A DNA stretch of 63,957 nt, the filler included, from Actinomycetota bacterium (GTDB lineage: Bacteria; Actinomycetota; Acidimicrobiia; IMCC26256; VFJJ01), in NCBI GenBank assembly GCA_009886115.1. It is 5 parts of 5 records of this genome, joined end to end, with 100 filler letters (N's around TTAATTAATTAA, not from the genome) between each part and the next. Parts side by side here need not be neighbours in the genome. Positions count along the whole stretch, not along the records: positions 1 to 16,313 come from VFJJ01000006.1; positions 16,414 to 28,401 come from VFJJ01000096.1; 3 more parts are not named here. The stretch is one strand, 5' to 3'. The position numbers were made by a program, and so were the translations under genes. Numbering within the stretch: position 1 is the first letter of the stretch; every line of letters begins with the position of its first letter. The notes below the pieces were generated by a model, which saw nothing but the letters and a program-made list of their open reading frames with translations, did no database searches and was not told where the DNA came from. Positions 10,555 through 20,673 of the stretch are shown here, piece after piece.

Positions 10555-11110
10555 GCAGGATCCGCTCGCTGTGCTGAGCCGGGCCATGGGACCGCCGCAC
10601 TTCCCCATCACACCGGCGGACCTCCGGGGCGACTGGACCTTCGAGTCGTACGGGGCGGCGTCGTTCGTGGCCGAGGGCTTCACGATCACGGCGCGCGAGA
10701 TACCGCACAAAGGCGGCCGCACCATGGGGTTGCGGATCACCGACGGTGGAGCAACGATCGCCTATCTCTCCGATCACGCGCCCCAGCAGCTCGGAACGGG
10801 GTCTCACGGGGTCGGCGAGCACCATCAGGCCGCCAGGGTTCTCGCGGAAGGGGTCGAACTGCTCGTGCACGACGCCCGATACACCGCTGACGAGCTCCCG
10901 ACCCGTGGCGCGTTCGGCCATGCCGCCGCCGAGTACGCGCTGGGTCTGGCCGAGGCTGCAGGAGCGCACCGGGTGCTCTTGTTCCACCACGACCCCCGGA
11001 GGTCCGGCGCCGAGGTTGCGGAACTGGAGCGCCGCCTTGCCCGGGCCGGCGCGGCCGCCGACGTGAGCGTCGCCGCCGCCCGCGAGGGCAGCGAGATCCG
11101 GCTGGGGTGA
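10555..11110 (+). pseudogene. MBL-fold metallohydrolase, C-terminal half
   Basis: MGPPHFP, IPHKGG, YLSDH, LVHDARY, GH and FHHDP motifs; the N-terminal HxHxDH motif is missing. Confidence 0.75.
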
Positions 11111-11226
11111 GACAGGTGCTGCGAGCGCATACGCCCGGGGCAAACCGTCCGGCTTCGCGCCATACGGCTCCTGCAGCGCGACCTGGGAGAAACCCGCGCC
11201 GCCCCGGGCGCCGTGCTGAGGAGCGA

Positions 11227-13587
11227 ATGACGATGGGTTCGCGGGGTGCGCTGCGGCTGCTCGTCGTCAGCGGGGCCCGACGCCGGTGGCGGGCGCTGGT
11301 CGCTCTGGCGCTGGCGACGGCGCTCGGAGGCGGTCTGCTCCTCACGGTGTGGACGGGAGCCCGACGGATCGGCTCGGTCTCGAGCCGTTTCGAGGATGCG
11401 ACCCTCGGGCCGGAACTGATCGGCGTGCTCCCGGCAACCGATGATTGGCGGGCCTTGGTCGTCGGGCTCGAAGCGCAGCCGGGCGCACCGGCGGTGGCCG
11501 CGTTCACGTACATGGGCGTCGCCCCTGAGCGGTTCACCGATCTGGCCGGGGCACATGTCGGGCTGACGCCGTCCTTCGGCGACACCATCTACCGGCCCCG
11601 CATTCTGGAGGGACGCCGAGCCGATCCGGCCCGGGCCGACGAGCTCACGATCAACGCCGCGATGGCAGAGGTGACGGGTCTGAGCGTCGGCGACGACGTC
11701 ACCCTGGTGGCCGACGGCACCGAGATACGCCAGCAAGCTCGTGTCGTCGGCATCCACCAAGGGGGCTTCGACGTCGGTTCCAACGCCGGGGACGCCAATG
11801 CGCTCCTGACGCCTGCCTTCGCCGACCGGTGGTACGAAACCTGGGCCGACGGCGCGGATGCGGCCGGTTTCGGCGACCAGCTCCTCGTCGTGGTGATCGC
11901 CCGGGCGGGGCACGGGGCCGACCTCCGGCGCGGCACCGACACCGTCGACACCGGCGCTCCCGGCAGCGACGTGCTGGAGCCGTTCGAGGCCCCCGAGGTC
12001 GACGACTCGTTGGCCACCCAACGCGACGCCTACCTGATCCTGCTCGCGGTGGCCGGGCTCGCCGTGGTGGTGGCCGTCGCCCAGGCCGCCGGCGGTGTCG
12101 TCCGGCGCGGCTCCGACGACGTGGCGGCGCTCGGGGCGATGGGGCTGCGTCGGCGCGAGCGCGAGCTGGGCCTGGCCGGCCCCGTCGGGGCGGCGTTGCT
12201 GTGCGGCGCCGCGCTGGCCCCGCTCGTCGGCCTGCTCGGCTCGAGCCGGGTGCCGACCGGGTTCGCGGGCTCGTTGGAGCCCGATCCCGGGGTCCATGCC
12301 GATCTGCTCGTCCTCCTCACGGGGCCCGTTGCCCTTGCGGCCGTGCTGGCCGGGTTGGCCTGGATGTCAGCGGGACGGGTGAGCAGCCAGCGTCGCGTCC
12401 GCAGCTCGGGCGAACGAACTCGTCGGGTCATCCCGACGTCGACGGGTCGTCCGGGGGCGCTCGTCGGGTGGCGCTCGGCCGCCGGGTGGGGCACCCGGAC
12501 GGGCCGCGTGCAGGCCCGCGGCACGGTCGCAGCCCTGGCTGCGGCGACGGCATTGGTGGTGGCCGTCACCGGGTGGTCGAGCTCATCGGAGCGGTTGCAG
12601 GCCGACCCCCACCGGTACGGTTGGGCCTGGGACGCCTTCATCTTCGAGCAGCGCGAGGGGGCAGATCTGGAGCTGGCCGCTGAGATCGAGGCGGGAGGGC
12701 CCGCCGTGGATGGGGCCGTCGCCGGGTGGGCCCGGGCCAACGTCGGGGCGTTGGCCGTCGACATCGGACCCTCGTTCGCGGGCACAGGAGAGGTCTCGGT
12801 CCTCGGCATCGACACCGGGCATGACACCTTGTGGCCGCCACTGGTTCGCGGGCGTGTGCCGTCGACCGCCTTCGAGGTGATCGTGGGCCGTGACGAACTC
12901 ACCGCTAGGCATCTCGATCTGGGAGACGTGATACCGACCACGTCGGGCGAGACCTTGACCGTCGTCGGTGAGGCGGTCGTCCCCGAGCTGGGCAATGGTT
13001 CGTTCGGCTTCAACCTGGCGATGCCACTCGTTGGAGCCATCCGGGCCGGCACCCGGTTCGACTACCAGGGCGTGCTCGTGGATCTGGCCCCGGGCGCGAC
13101 GCTCGACGACCTCGGGTCGATCGGTACGTCCGACACGGCCGTCCGCGGGCCCTCTCCCCCGCCCGGGGTTCTGAACCTGGGCCTGATCGGCCGGGTCGAT
13201 GTGGTCGTGGTGGCCCTCGTCGCCCTGGCCGGCTCGATCACGCTGCTGCACGGGCTCTGGGTCGCCGGGCGGGCCCGCCGGCGCGACCACGCGGTGTTGC
13301 GGGCCCTGGGCGGTCGTCGGAGGGTCGTGGCTGAGGCCCTGGCGTGGCATGGGGCCCTGATCACCGTCACCGGAGTGGCCATCGGCGCGCCCCTCGGCCT
13401 CGTCGCCGGACGCCTGGCCTGGCAGCGCACCGCCCGCGACATCGGCGTGCTGAGCACGTTCAGCCCGGGATGGACCACCGTGGCGCTCGTCGTGCTCTCG
13501 GCGCTGGGCGCGGCCGTTGCCGCAACAGCCGTGCTGGTGTTGGCGGCTCGCCGGGTCTCGACCATCGCGCAGCTCCGTGTCGAGTGA
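11227..13587 (+). CDS. FtsX/MacB-type ABC transporter permease
   Basis: Duplicated permease architecture; RRRDHAVLRALG motif; GAGGAG RBS. Confidence 0.85.
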   Translation: MTMGSRGALRLLVVSGARRRWRALVALALATALGGGLLLTVWTGARRIGSVSSRFEDATLGPELIGVLPATDDWRALVVGLEAQPGAPAVAAFTYMGVAPERFTDLAGAHVGLTPSFGDTIYRPRILEGRRADPARADELTINAAMAEVTGLSVGDDVTLVADGTEIRQQARVVGIHQGGFDVGSNAGDANALLTPAFADRWYETWADGADAAGFGDQLLVVVIARAGHGADLRRGTDTVDTGAPGSDVLEPFEAPEVDDSLATQRDAYLILLAVAGLAVVVAVAQAAGGVVRRGSDDVAALGAMGLRRRERELGLAGPVGAALLCGAALAPLVGLLGSSRVPTGFAGSLEPDPGVHADLLVLLTGPVALAAVLAGLAWMSAGRVSSQRRVRSSGERTRRVIPTSTGRPGALVGWRSAAGWGTRTGRVQARGTVAALAAATALVVAVTGWSSSSERLQADPHRYGWAWDAFIFEQREGADLELAAEIEAGGPAVDGAVAGWARANVGALAVDIGPSFAGTGEVSVLGIDTGHDTLWPPLVRGRVPSTAFEVIVGRDELTARHLDLGDVIPTTSGETLTVVGEAVVPELGNGSFGFNLAMPLVGAIRAGTRFDYQGVLVDLAPGATLDDLGSIGTSDTAVRGPSPPPGVLNLGLIGRVDVVVVALVALAGSITLLHGLWVAGRARRRDHAVLRALGGRRRVVAEALAWHGALITVTGVAIGAPLGLVAGRLAWQRTARDIGVLSTFSPGWTTVALVVLSALGAAVAATAVLVLAARRVSTIAQLRVE

Positions 13588-13621
13588 GCGTGACTCGCAG
13601 ACCGGTACCGGCCGCCCCGGC

Positions 13622-13673
13622 CGAACAGGAGTGAGTTGTAGGGGGTATGGGGCGCTGTACTCACTCCTGGTCG
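13622..13673. repeat. 52-bp palindromic element, family A copy 1
   Basis: CGAACAGGAGTGAG...CTCACTCCTGGTCG; related copies at 29410 and 48571. Confidence 0.8.
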
Positions 13674-13746
13674 AGCGTTGTGGCGCTTGCTCGAGCGTTG
13701 CCTGGTCGAGCGTTGTTGCCTGGTCGAGCGTTGCCTGGTCGAGCAG
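13668..13746. repeat. Degenerate tandem repeat of TGGTCGAGCGTTG(CC), about 5 units
   Basis: Seen directly, starting in the right arm of the family A palindrome. Confidence 0.8.
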
Positions 13747-13835
13747 TTTGGGGAGCCGGGAGGTGTGGCTGGCACACCGGCGAGGTACGGCTGGTCCCCT
13801 TGTCGGCCCTCGCTGAGCCGGCGATGCTGCTCGTG

Positions 13836-16271
13836 ATGGGCTCGATCCGGTTCCTCGCCCGGTGCCAGCGCCGCCGGCAGATCCTGGCGCTCGTGGTGTT
13901 GGCCGTGCTGGCCGGCACCATGGGCGGCGCGGCGACGTCGCTCCTCGCCGGCGCCCGTCGCTCGTCGACGGTCGTAGACCGGTTCTTCGACGACGCGCCC
14001 CACTACGAGGTCTTGGCGTACGCGCCCGGGCTGAGCCGGGAGCAGGTGCTCGCGGTGCCCGGGGTGGTGCGCGCCGACCCGTTGGGATACGTGGCCATGA
14101 TGCGGATCGACGATGCCGGTCGCCCGATCGTCGGCGTGGCCGGCCTGACGGTCGACTTCGCCGCGCCGGCCGACCCGACGATGCGCCTGCTCGAGGGTCA
14201 CTTCCCCGACGGCTCCGACACCTCCCACGTGCTGGTGAACGACCCCTTCCAGCGCCAGCTCCGGCTCGGGGCTGGCGACGACGTGACCGTGCGGCTCTTC
14301 GGCCTCGACCAGGGCCCGGAGCTGGAACGAGGCATCTACGAACCGGACGGGCCGATCTACACCTTCCACATCGACGGTGTCGCCCGGGCTCCGGAGGACG
14401 TCGCGTTCGAGGAGGTCACCCAGGTGAGATCCGAGAGTTCGTACGACAGGTACGCCAACATCGCGATGCTCGTCTCGTACGACTTCTGGCTCCTTCAGCA
14501 CGAAGAGTTCCTCGACTTCGGTGCCGCGTTCAATGTCTCGCTCACCGCCGGGCCCGCAGGGGTCGAGGCCTTCGAGGCCACGATCACCGGGCTCGTGGGC
14601 GACGATGGCGAGCCGCCGGGCTTCGAGCCCCCGGGCACGGGGGGGAGGCGGGCGTCGTTCGAGGCGCCGGTCGACCTCGAGACGACATCGCTGCTGGCTC
14701 TGGGGGTCGGGCTGGCGGTCAGCGGCATCGCGGTCGTCATCCTGCTCGTGCGCATCGGGCAGCGGCGCCACGAGCGGGAGGTCCCCGCGCTGCGAGCCGT
14801 TGGCTTCACGTCGTCGCAGCTCGCGACGGCGTCCGCGTTCCGGGTCGTGCCGGCCGCGGCGGGCGCCGCGGCGCTCTCGGTCGTCGTCGCGGTCGGGCTT
14901 TCGGGGCGCTACCCGATCGGCTTCGGGCGTCAGCTCGAGCTCGACCCCGGGGTGCACGTCGACCTGTTGGTGATCCTGACCGGTGGGATCGCCACCGGCC
15001 TGGCCGTGCTCGGGAGCGCGTTCCTCGCCGCCAGGCCGCCCCGGACCCGGCGGGCCACAGCGCTCCGACCCACGCTGGCCCGCTGGCTCGGCCGGGTGGG
15101 CGCGCCGAACGGGATGGCGCTGGGGGCCCACCTGGCGTTCCAGACGCCCGACGGGAGGCGCTCGTCGACGGCCCGCCAGGGCGTCGTCGGCGCGGCCCTG
15201 GCCGTTATCGTCGCCGTATCGGTGGGTACGTGGCTCGCCGGCGTCGACCGCCTCTACTCCGAGCCCGACCGTCACGGCTGGCCCTGGGACGTCGCCATCG
15301 GCAACAGCAACTTCACGCTCGGCCCCGACCGCGCGGCCGCGCTGGCCGCCGACCCCCGGCTCGCGGCGGCCACGTTGGTGACCTACGGGCAGGCCACGCT
15401 GGGAGGCGAATCGGTCGAGGTGATGGCCTTCGACCCGGGCGGTACCGCCCCGCCGGTGGTCATCTCCGGTCGGCTGCCGGTGGCGCCGACCGAGGTGGCC
15501 CTCGGAGGGTCGTGGGCCGCGGCCCGGACAAAGCTGGGCACAGGCATCGGCTCGAAGATCGAGCTCTCCGTGGCCGGGGGCGAGTTCGACCACGGCAGCG
15601 CGGGCCCGCCGGTTGAGCTGACGGTCGTGGGTCTGGCGTTGGCACCGATCTTCGGGGAATCCGAAGTCGGCGATGTCGCCGTCGTGACCCTCGACGCGAT
15701 CGCGGCCGCCGGCGGCGACGCCACCCCCAGCTACCTTCTGGCCCGGGTCGACCCGACCGCAGACCCGACCTCAGGCTCAGATAGCGACGCCGTGATCGCC
15801 CAACTTCGCGGCGAGCTCACCGAGGAGATGACCACCGACATCATCCCGGCCCGGGTCGTGAACCTGCACCGCGTACGCAGCGTGCCCGTCCTCGGGCTGG
15901 CCGTGGCCGCGCTGCTCGGCGCCGTGGTGATCGGCTCGACGCTGGCGGCCGGCGTCCGGACCCACCGCCGAGAGCTGGCGATCCTCCGGGCGCTGGGGCT
16001 CGACCGCCGGGGGGCGCGGCACGGTTCGCTCTGGCAGGGCTTGCTGAGCTGGATGGTCATCGTCGGCGTGGGGGTACCCGTCGGGCTGGTCGCCGGGGTG
16101 AACCTCTGGCGACGCACGACCGACGACCTCGGTGTCGCGCCCGGCGCGGTCACGCCCGTCCGGTACGGGCTCGTCACCATCGGCGCATCGGCGCTCTCGG
16201 TCGCTGTGGCGGTGGCGACGACCCGGAGATCACGCCGGACGTCCTTGGCAACGCTCCTGCACGTCGGGTGA
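13836..16271 (+). CDS. FtsX/MacB-type ABC transporter permease (paralogue)
   Basis: RRELAILRALG, GWPWD; same layout as the upstream permease. Start uncertain (13824/13836). Confidence 0.85.
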   Translation: MGSIRFLARCQRRRQILALVVLAVLAGTMGGAATSLLAGARRSSTVVDRFFDDAPHYEVLAYAPGLSREQVLAVPGVVRADPLGYVAMMRIDDAGRPIVGVAGLTVDFAAPADPTMRLLEGHFPDGSDTSHVLVNDPFQRQLRLGAGDDVTVRLFGLDQGPELERGIYEPDGPIYTFHIDGVARAPEDVAFEEVTQVRSESSYDRYANIAMLVSYDFWLLQHEEFLDFGAAFNVSLTAGPAGVEAFEATITGLVGDDGEPPGFEPPGTGGRRASFEAPVDLETTSLLALGVGLAVSGIAVVILLVRIGQRRHEREVPALRAVGFTSSQLATASAFRVVPAAAGAAALSVVVAVGLSGRYPIGFGRQLELDPGVHVDLLVILTGGIATGLAVLGSAFLAARPPRTRRATALRPTLARWLGRVGAPNGMALGAHLAFQTPDGRRSSTARQGVVGAALAVIVAVSVGTWLAGVDRLYSEPDRHGWPWDVAIGNSNFTLGPDRAAALAADPRLAAATLVTYGQATLGGESVEVMAFDPGGTAPPVVISGRLPVAPTEVALGGSWAAARTKLGTGIGSKIELSVAGGEFDHGSAGPPVELTVVGLALAPIFGESEVGDVAVVTLDAIAAAGGDATPSYLLARVDPTADPTSGSDSDAVIAQLRGELTEEMTTDIIPARVVNLHRVRSVPVLGLAVAALLGAVVIGSTLAAGVRTHRRELAILRALGLDRRGARHGSLWQGLLSWMVIVGVGVPVGLVAGVNLWRRTTDDLGVAPGAVTPVRYGLVTIGASALSVAVAVATTRRSRRTSLATLLHVG

Positions 16272-16313
16272 CACGCAGCCCGTCCCCGGTCCCCGGTCCC
16301 CGGTCCCCCGTCA

Positions 16314-16413
16314 NNNNNNNNNNNNNNNNNNNNNNNNNNNNNNNNNNNNNNNNNNNNTTAATTAATTAANNNNNNNNNNNNNNNNNNNNNNNNNNNNNNN
16401 NNNNNNNNNNNNN
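16314..16413. other. Artificial contig spacer
   Basis: 100 nt of N with TTAATTAATTAA. Confidence 0.99.
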
Positions 16414-16490
16414 GCCACCAACCCGAGCGGAAAGGGGTTCTGGCTGGCGGTGAAGCCCGCCGTCTGAGCCCCGCTGTCTGATTTCACCCG

Positions 16491-16537
16491 TTCTGTGTGC
16501 AGAATGCGCCGCCAGGCGACGCATTCTGCACACAGAT
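16491..16537. repeat. 47-bp palindromic element, family B
   Basis: Perfect 17-bp stem TCTGTGTGCAGAATGCG / CGCATTCTGCACACAGA between convergent genes. Confidence 0.85.
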
Positions 16538-16558
16538 GGCTGGCTCCCGGCGGCTGCG

Positions 16559-16759
16559 CTACCGGCGGCGGCGGATGATGAGATCGGCTACGAGTCCGGT
16601 CCAGCCGGTCTGGTGCGACGCCCCGACCCCCCGACCGGTGTCGCCGTGGAAGTACTCGTGGAACGGGATGAGCCCGTGCCAGGCCGGGTCGTCCTGGAAC
16701 TTGGCGTCGGAGCCGAAGACCGGCCGGCGGCCCGTCGCATCGTCGCAGAAGATCGAGAC
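16559..16759 (-). pseudogene. C-terminal fragment of an MGH1-like/GH63 glucosidase
   Basis: GRRPVFG...[27 protein letters not shown]-terminal signature; abruptly joined to an opposite-strand gene. Confidence 0.85.
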
Positions 16760-17623
16760 AACGTCACGCTCCTCACGAACGCCTATGTCAGCCGCCTCGA
16801 AACGGGGGCCGACGGTCGGCGCGTCGAGCGGGTCGTGGTGGAGCGCGACGGTGAGCGGCTCGAGCTGAGCGCCGACGTCATGGTCGTCTCGGCCGGGGCC
16901 ATCAACTCCGCTGCGCTGCTCCTGCGCTCGGCCAGCGACGCCCATCCGGATGGGCTGGGCAATGGCTCGGGCGTCGTCGGGCGGAACCTCATGCTGCACA
17001 ACAACTCGTCGCTCATCGCGTTCTCGAACACCCCGAACCCCACCAAGTTCCAGAAGACGCTCGGCATCAACGACTTCTACTTCGGTGACGGCGACTGGCC
17101 CTACCCGTTGGGGGCCATACAGATGCTGGGCAAGAGCGACGCGGTGGTGATTCCGTTCGACGATCCCGACCACCCTGACCCTGCCGACCTGGCGCTGCAC
17201 GCCATCGACTTCTGGCTCACCACCGAGGACCTCCCCCGACTCGATAACCGGGTGACGGTCAAGCTCGACGGCGGGATCAGCCTGTCGTACAGGCCGACGA
17301 ACATCGAGGCGCACAAGCGTCTCGTCGCGAAGTTCAAGAGCCTGCTCGAGACGATGCGTTGCCGTAACGAGGTGCGCGACAACCCGCACTATCTCGGGGG
17401 CAAACTCGGTATCTCGGCCGTGGCGCACCAGAACGGCACGGTGCGTTTCGGAACCGACTCCACGACTTCGGCGCTCGACGTCAACTGCAAGCTGCACGAG
17501 CTCGACAACACCTACGTCGTCGACTCCAGCTTCTTCGTGTCGTCCTCGGCGGTGAACCCCACGCTCACGATCATCGCCAACGCCCTGCGGGTCGCCGACC
17601 ACATCGCCGACCGCCTTCGGTAG
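16760..17623 (+). pseudogene. GMC-family oxidoreductase lacking its N-terminal FAD-binding half
   Basis: [38 protein letters not shown]; no GxGxxG and no start. Confidence 0.85.
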
Positions 17624-17796
17624 TCAAGAGGGGAAAGGGATGGAGCAGTCGATCGTCTCGCTCGGCACGATGGCCCTCGTCGTCGCCAGGCCGTCAACGT
17701 CCTCGGCTGAGCACCTCGGCACCCGCACGCGCCCCGTTGATTCGCGGTGCTGCTCACTGCACCGTTGTTCACCGAAGTGACCGAGGAGAGAACCCC

Positions 17797-19026
17797 ATGG
17801 AGACGTCGTTCGCCGATCTGTCCATCGTGCTGGCCGTCGCCTTCGTGGCCCCGCTGGCCCTGGGACTGGTCCCCAAGCTGCGGCTTCCCGGCGTCGTGCT
17901 GGAGCTGATCCTCGGTATCGTCATCGGACCCGACGTGCTCGGCTGGGTCGAGGTCGACGAGACGCTGCGGGTGCTGTCCGTCATCGGTCTCGGGTTCCTG
18001 TTGTTCTTCGCTGGCACGGAGGTCGAGTTCGACAAGCTCCGCGGACGGGTGCTGCGTCTGTCGTTCGTCGCCTTCGTCGTGTCATTCGCCATCGCAGTCG
18101 TGACCGGACTGATCTTCGACGCCGCGGGCGTGCTCGACGAGCCGTTCCTGTTGGCGATCATCCTCTCGGCTACCGGGCTCGGCGTGGTGGTGTCGGTCCT
18201 CAAGGACGCCGGCCGGGTGTCGACCACGCTGGGCCAGATCGTCATCGCCGGCGCGACCGTCGCCGACTTCGTCACGGTGATCCTCCTGTCGCTCCTGTTC
18301 TCGGCCGAGGAGGCGGGCACCGGCTCGCGGATCGTGCTGCTGGGTGCGTTCGCCTTGGTGGTGCTGATGATCGCCGGGTTGCTCGCCGCCGAGGCGCGCT
18401 CGAGCCGGTTCCAGGCCGTGCTGTCGCGGCTCCAGGACACCACCGCCCAGATCCGGGTGCGGGGCGCGATGCTCCTGCTCGGAGCGTTCTTGTTCTTCGC
18501 CGGCCGTTTCGGGCTCGAAGCGATCCTCGGCGCCTTCGTCGCCGGCGCGCTCGTCAGCTACTTCGATCGTGACCCCGAGATGCGCCACCCGCTGTTCCGG
18601 GTGAAGCTCGAGGCGATCGGCTTCGGCTTCGTTATCCCGATCTTCTTCGTGGTGAGCGGCGTGCGCTTCGACCTCTCGGCGCTCTTCGCCAGCGGCTCGA
18701 CGATCGCCCGGGTGCCGCTCTTCCTGGTCGCCATGCTGGTGGTGCGCGGCGTGCCGGCATTGCTGTTCCGCCGTGAGCTCGACGGCCGGTCGGTGGCCGC
18801 GGCTGCGCTCTTGCAGGCGACGTCGTTGTCGTTCGTGGTGGCTGCCACCCAGATCGGCGTCGAGATCGGCATGCTCAGCGAGGCCAACGCCGCAGCGCTG
18901 GTCGGGGCCGGGCTCCTGAACCACCTCCTGTTCCCCATCGCCGCGCTCACCATCCTGCGCCGAGCTGGGCATGACGAGTCGAATCCCGGAGCTGTAACGA
19001 GTGGCCCCGTGGGTGACACCTCGTAG
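17797..19026 (+). CDS. Cation:proton antiporter (CPA2/Kef-type membrane domain)
   Basis: About 12 TM segments; FLLFFAGTEVE, ILGAFVAG, FVIPIFFV. Confidence 0.88.
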   Translation: METSFADLSIVLAVAFVAPLALGLVPKLRLPGVVLELILGIVIGPDVLGWVEVDETLRVLSVIGLGFLLFFAGTEVEFDKLRGRVLRLSFVAFVVSFAIAVVTGLIFDAAGVLDEPFLLAIILSATGLGVVVSVLKDAGRVSTTLGQIVIAGATVADFVTVILLSLLFSAEEAGTGSRIVLLGAFALVVLMIAGLLAAEARSSRFQAVLSRLQDTTAQIRVRGAMLLLGAFLFFAGRFGLEAILGAFVAGALVSYFDRDPEMRHPLFRVKLEAIGFGFVIPIFFVVSGVRFDLSALFASGSTIARVPLFLVAMLVVRGVPALLFRRELDGRSVAAAALLQATSLSFVVAATQIGVEIGMLSEANAAALVGAGLLNHLLFPIAALTILRRAGHDESNPGAVTSGPVGDTS

Positions 19027-19061
19027 GCAACAGTCGAACGCATCACACAAGGAGCTGGTCG

Positions 19062-19883
19062 ATGAAGGGATTGCAGGGGAAGACGGCCATCGTGACCGGG
19101 GGCGCCTCGGGGATCGGTCAGGCGATCGCCATCCGGCTCGCCGAGGAAGGCGTCAACGTCGCCATCAACTACGTGGGCCGTCCCGACGGGGCGCTGGCCA
19201 CGAAGGAGGCGATCGAGGGCGAGGTCGATGCCTGCCTGTGCGCCATGCGCGACACGGGAACGCGGCCCCTGCTCGTGGAAGCCGACGTCTCGAACGAGGA
19301 CGACGTCACCCGCATGTTCAAGCAGGTGGTCGGCGAATACGGTCACCTCGATTTCCTGGTGAACAACGCCGGCATCCAGATCGCGTCTCCATCGGAGACG
19401 CTCACCGCCGCCGACTTCGACCGGGTGCTGAACGTGAACCTCCGGGGCTCGTTTCTGTGCGCCCGCGCAGCCTTGCGTCACCTGGTCGAGGAGTCTCGTC
19501 CGGGAGCGATCGTCAACGTGTCGAGCGTGCACCAGGAGATCCCCAAGCCCGGCTTCCTCGGGTACTCCGTGAGCAAGGGTGGGATGCAGAACCTCACCCG
19601 TTCGCTAGCCCTCGAGTACGCCGGACGGGGGATCCGGGTCAACGCCGTCGCTCCCGGCGCCACGATCACTCCGATCAACCGGGCCTGGGTCGACGAGCCC
19701 GAGAAGCGGGCGATGGTCGAGTCACACATCCCCATGGGGCGTGCGGGCACGGCCGAGGAGATGGCCGCAGTGGCTGCGTTCTTGTTCAGTGACGAGGCGG
19801 CCTACGTCACCGGCCAGACGATCTACGTTGACGGTGGCTTGACCCTGTTCGCCGACTTCCGCACCACGTGGAGCTCGGAGTGA
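19062..19883 (+). CDS. Glucose 1-dehydrogenase-like SDR
   Basis: TGGASGIG, NNAG, SSVHQEIP, YSVSK, PGATITPIN. Confidence 0.88.
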   Translation: MKGLQGKTAIVTGGASGIGQAIAIRLAEEGVNVAINYVGRPDGALATKEAIEGEVDACLCAMRDTGTRPLLVEADVSNEDDVTRMFKQVVGEYGHLDFLVNNAGIQIASPSETLTAADFDRVLNVNLRGSFLCARAALRHLVEESRPGAIVNVSSVHQEIPKPGFLGYSVSKGGMQNLTRSLALEYAGRGIRVNAVAPGATITPINRAWVDEPEKRAMVESHIPMGRAGTAEEMAAVAAFLFSDEAAYVTGQTIYVDGGLTLFADFRTTWSSE

Positions 19884-19895
19884 GTTCTTATCCGC

Positions 19896-19943
19896 CAACT
19901 GTCAGCGTCGCGCCCCGTATCCGGGGTGTCACGCTGACAGTTG
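19896..19943. repeat. 48-bp palindromic element, family C copy 1
   Basis: CAACTGTCAGCGT...ACGCTGACAGTTG; second copy at 50752. Confidence 0.85.
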
Positions 19944-19966
19944 GATTGAAATTGTGAGGAAACCAC

Positions 19967-20662
19967 ATGTTCGAGGAGTTCCCAGCGTCGTTCGTCACCA
20001 CCCGGATCGCCCTGCATTGCCTCGCCGAGCACGTGCTGTGCGTGGTGCGCCACCAGGCCGTGGGTCGTATCGGGTTGGTCCCGATCGAGAGCGGGATCGC
20101 CAGTCCCCCCTTCGGCACCGAGAATCGCCAGGTCGCGGTGATCGGCTCCGATCTGGTCGATCGCAACGATCACGGCGAACGTCGTGAGCCGGTCTCGACG
20201 ATCGGCGCCGCAGCTCGGTTCTTCGACGTGGCACCCGGTGTTCCGAACGGGATGTGGCATCCGGTGACGAGCCCCGATCTCGATGCCCCGCTCGCGCTCG
20301 ACTCGGAGTCGGTCGCTGCCCTCCATCGGTGGTTCGGGTTCGCGGTCGACGTGCACCGCCGCTTCGCCGAGGTTGTCGGCGGCGGAGCGTCGGACGAGGT
20401 CCCGGCGCCCACGCTCTGGCCCGAGCATTTCGATCTGGCGACGAGCTTCGGCCGCGCGAACTTCGGGGCCTCACCGGGCGACGAGACGAGCATCGAGCCC
20501 TACCTGTACGTCGGGCCGCACGATCGGCCGTTCCCCCCGGCACCCGACGGCTTCTGGAACCAACCGTATGGCGCGTCGCTGCCGGCGTCGGCCGTCGACT
20601 CCATCGATTCCGCCTTGGCGTTCCTGATGGAGGGCCACCGGCTCTTCGGAGCACAAGGGTAA
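19967..20662 (+). CDS. Conserved hypothetical protein
   Basis: GAGGA RBS; protein-like motifs LWPEHFDLA, NFGASPGD, EPYLYVGP. Confidence 0.75.
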   Translation: MFEEFPASFVTTRIALHCLAEHVLCVVRHQAVGRIGLVPIESGIASPPFGTENRQVAVIGSDLVDRNDHGERREPVSTIGAAARFFDVAPGVPNGMWHPVTSPDLDAPLALDSESVAALHRWFGFAVDVHRRFAEVVGGGASDEVPAPTLWPEHFDLATSFGRANFGASPGDETSIEPYLYVGPHDRPFPPAPDGFWNQPYGASLPASAVDSIDSALAFLMEGHRLFGAQG

Positions 20663-20673
20663 GGGTGACTGCG

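Noticed and set aside
9902..11110. Apparent novel CNB-MBL fusion protein of 402 aa
   Set aside because: The MBL half lacks its HxHxDH motif and the N-terminus is out of frame; better explained as a deletion product.
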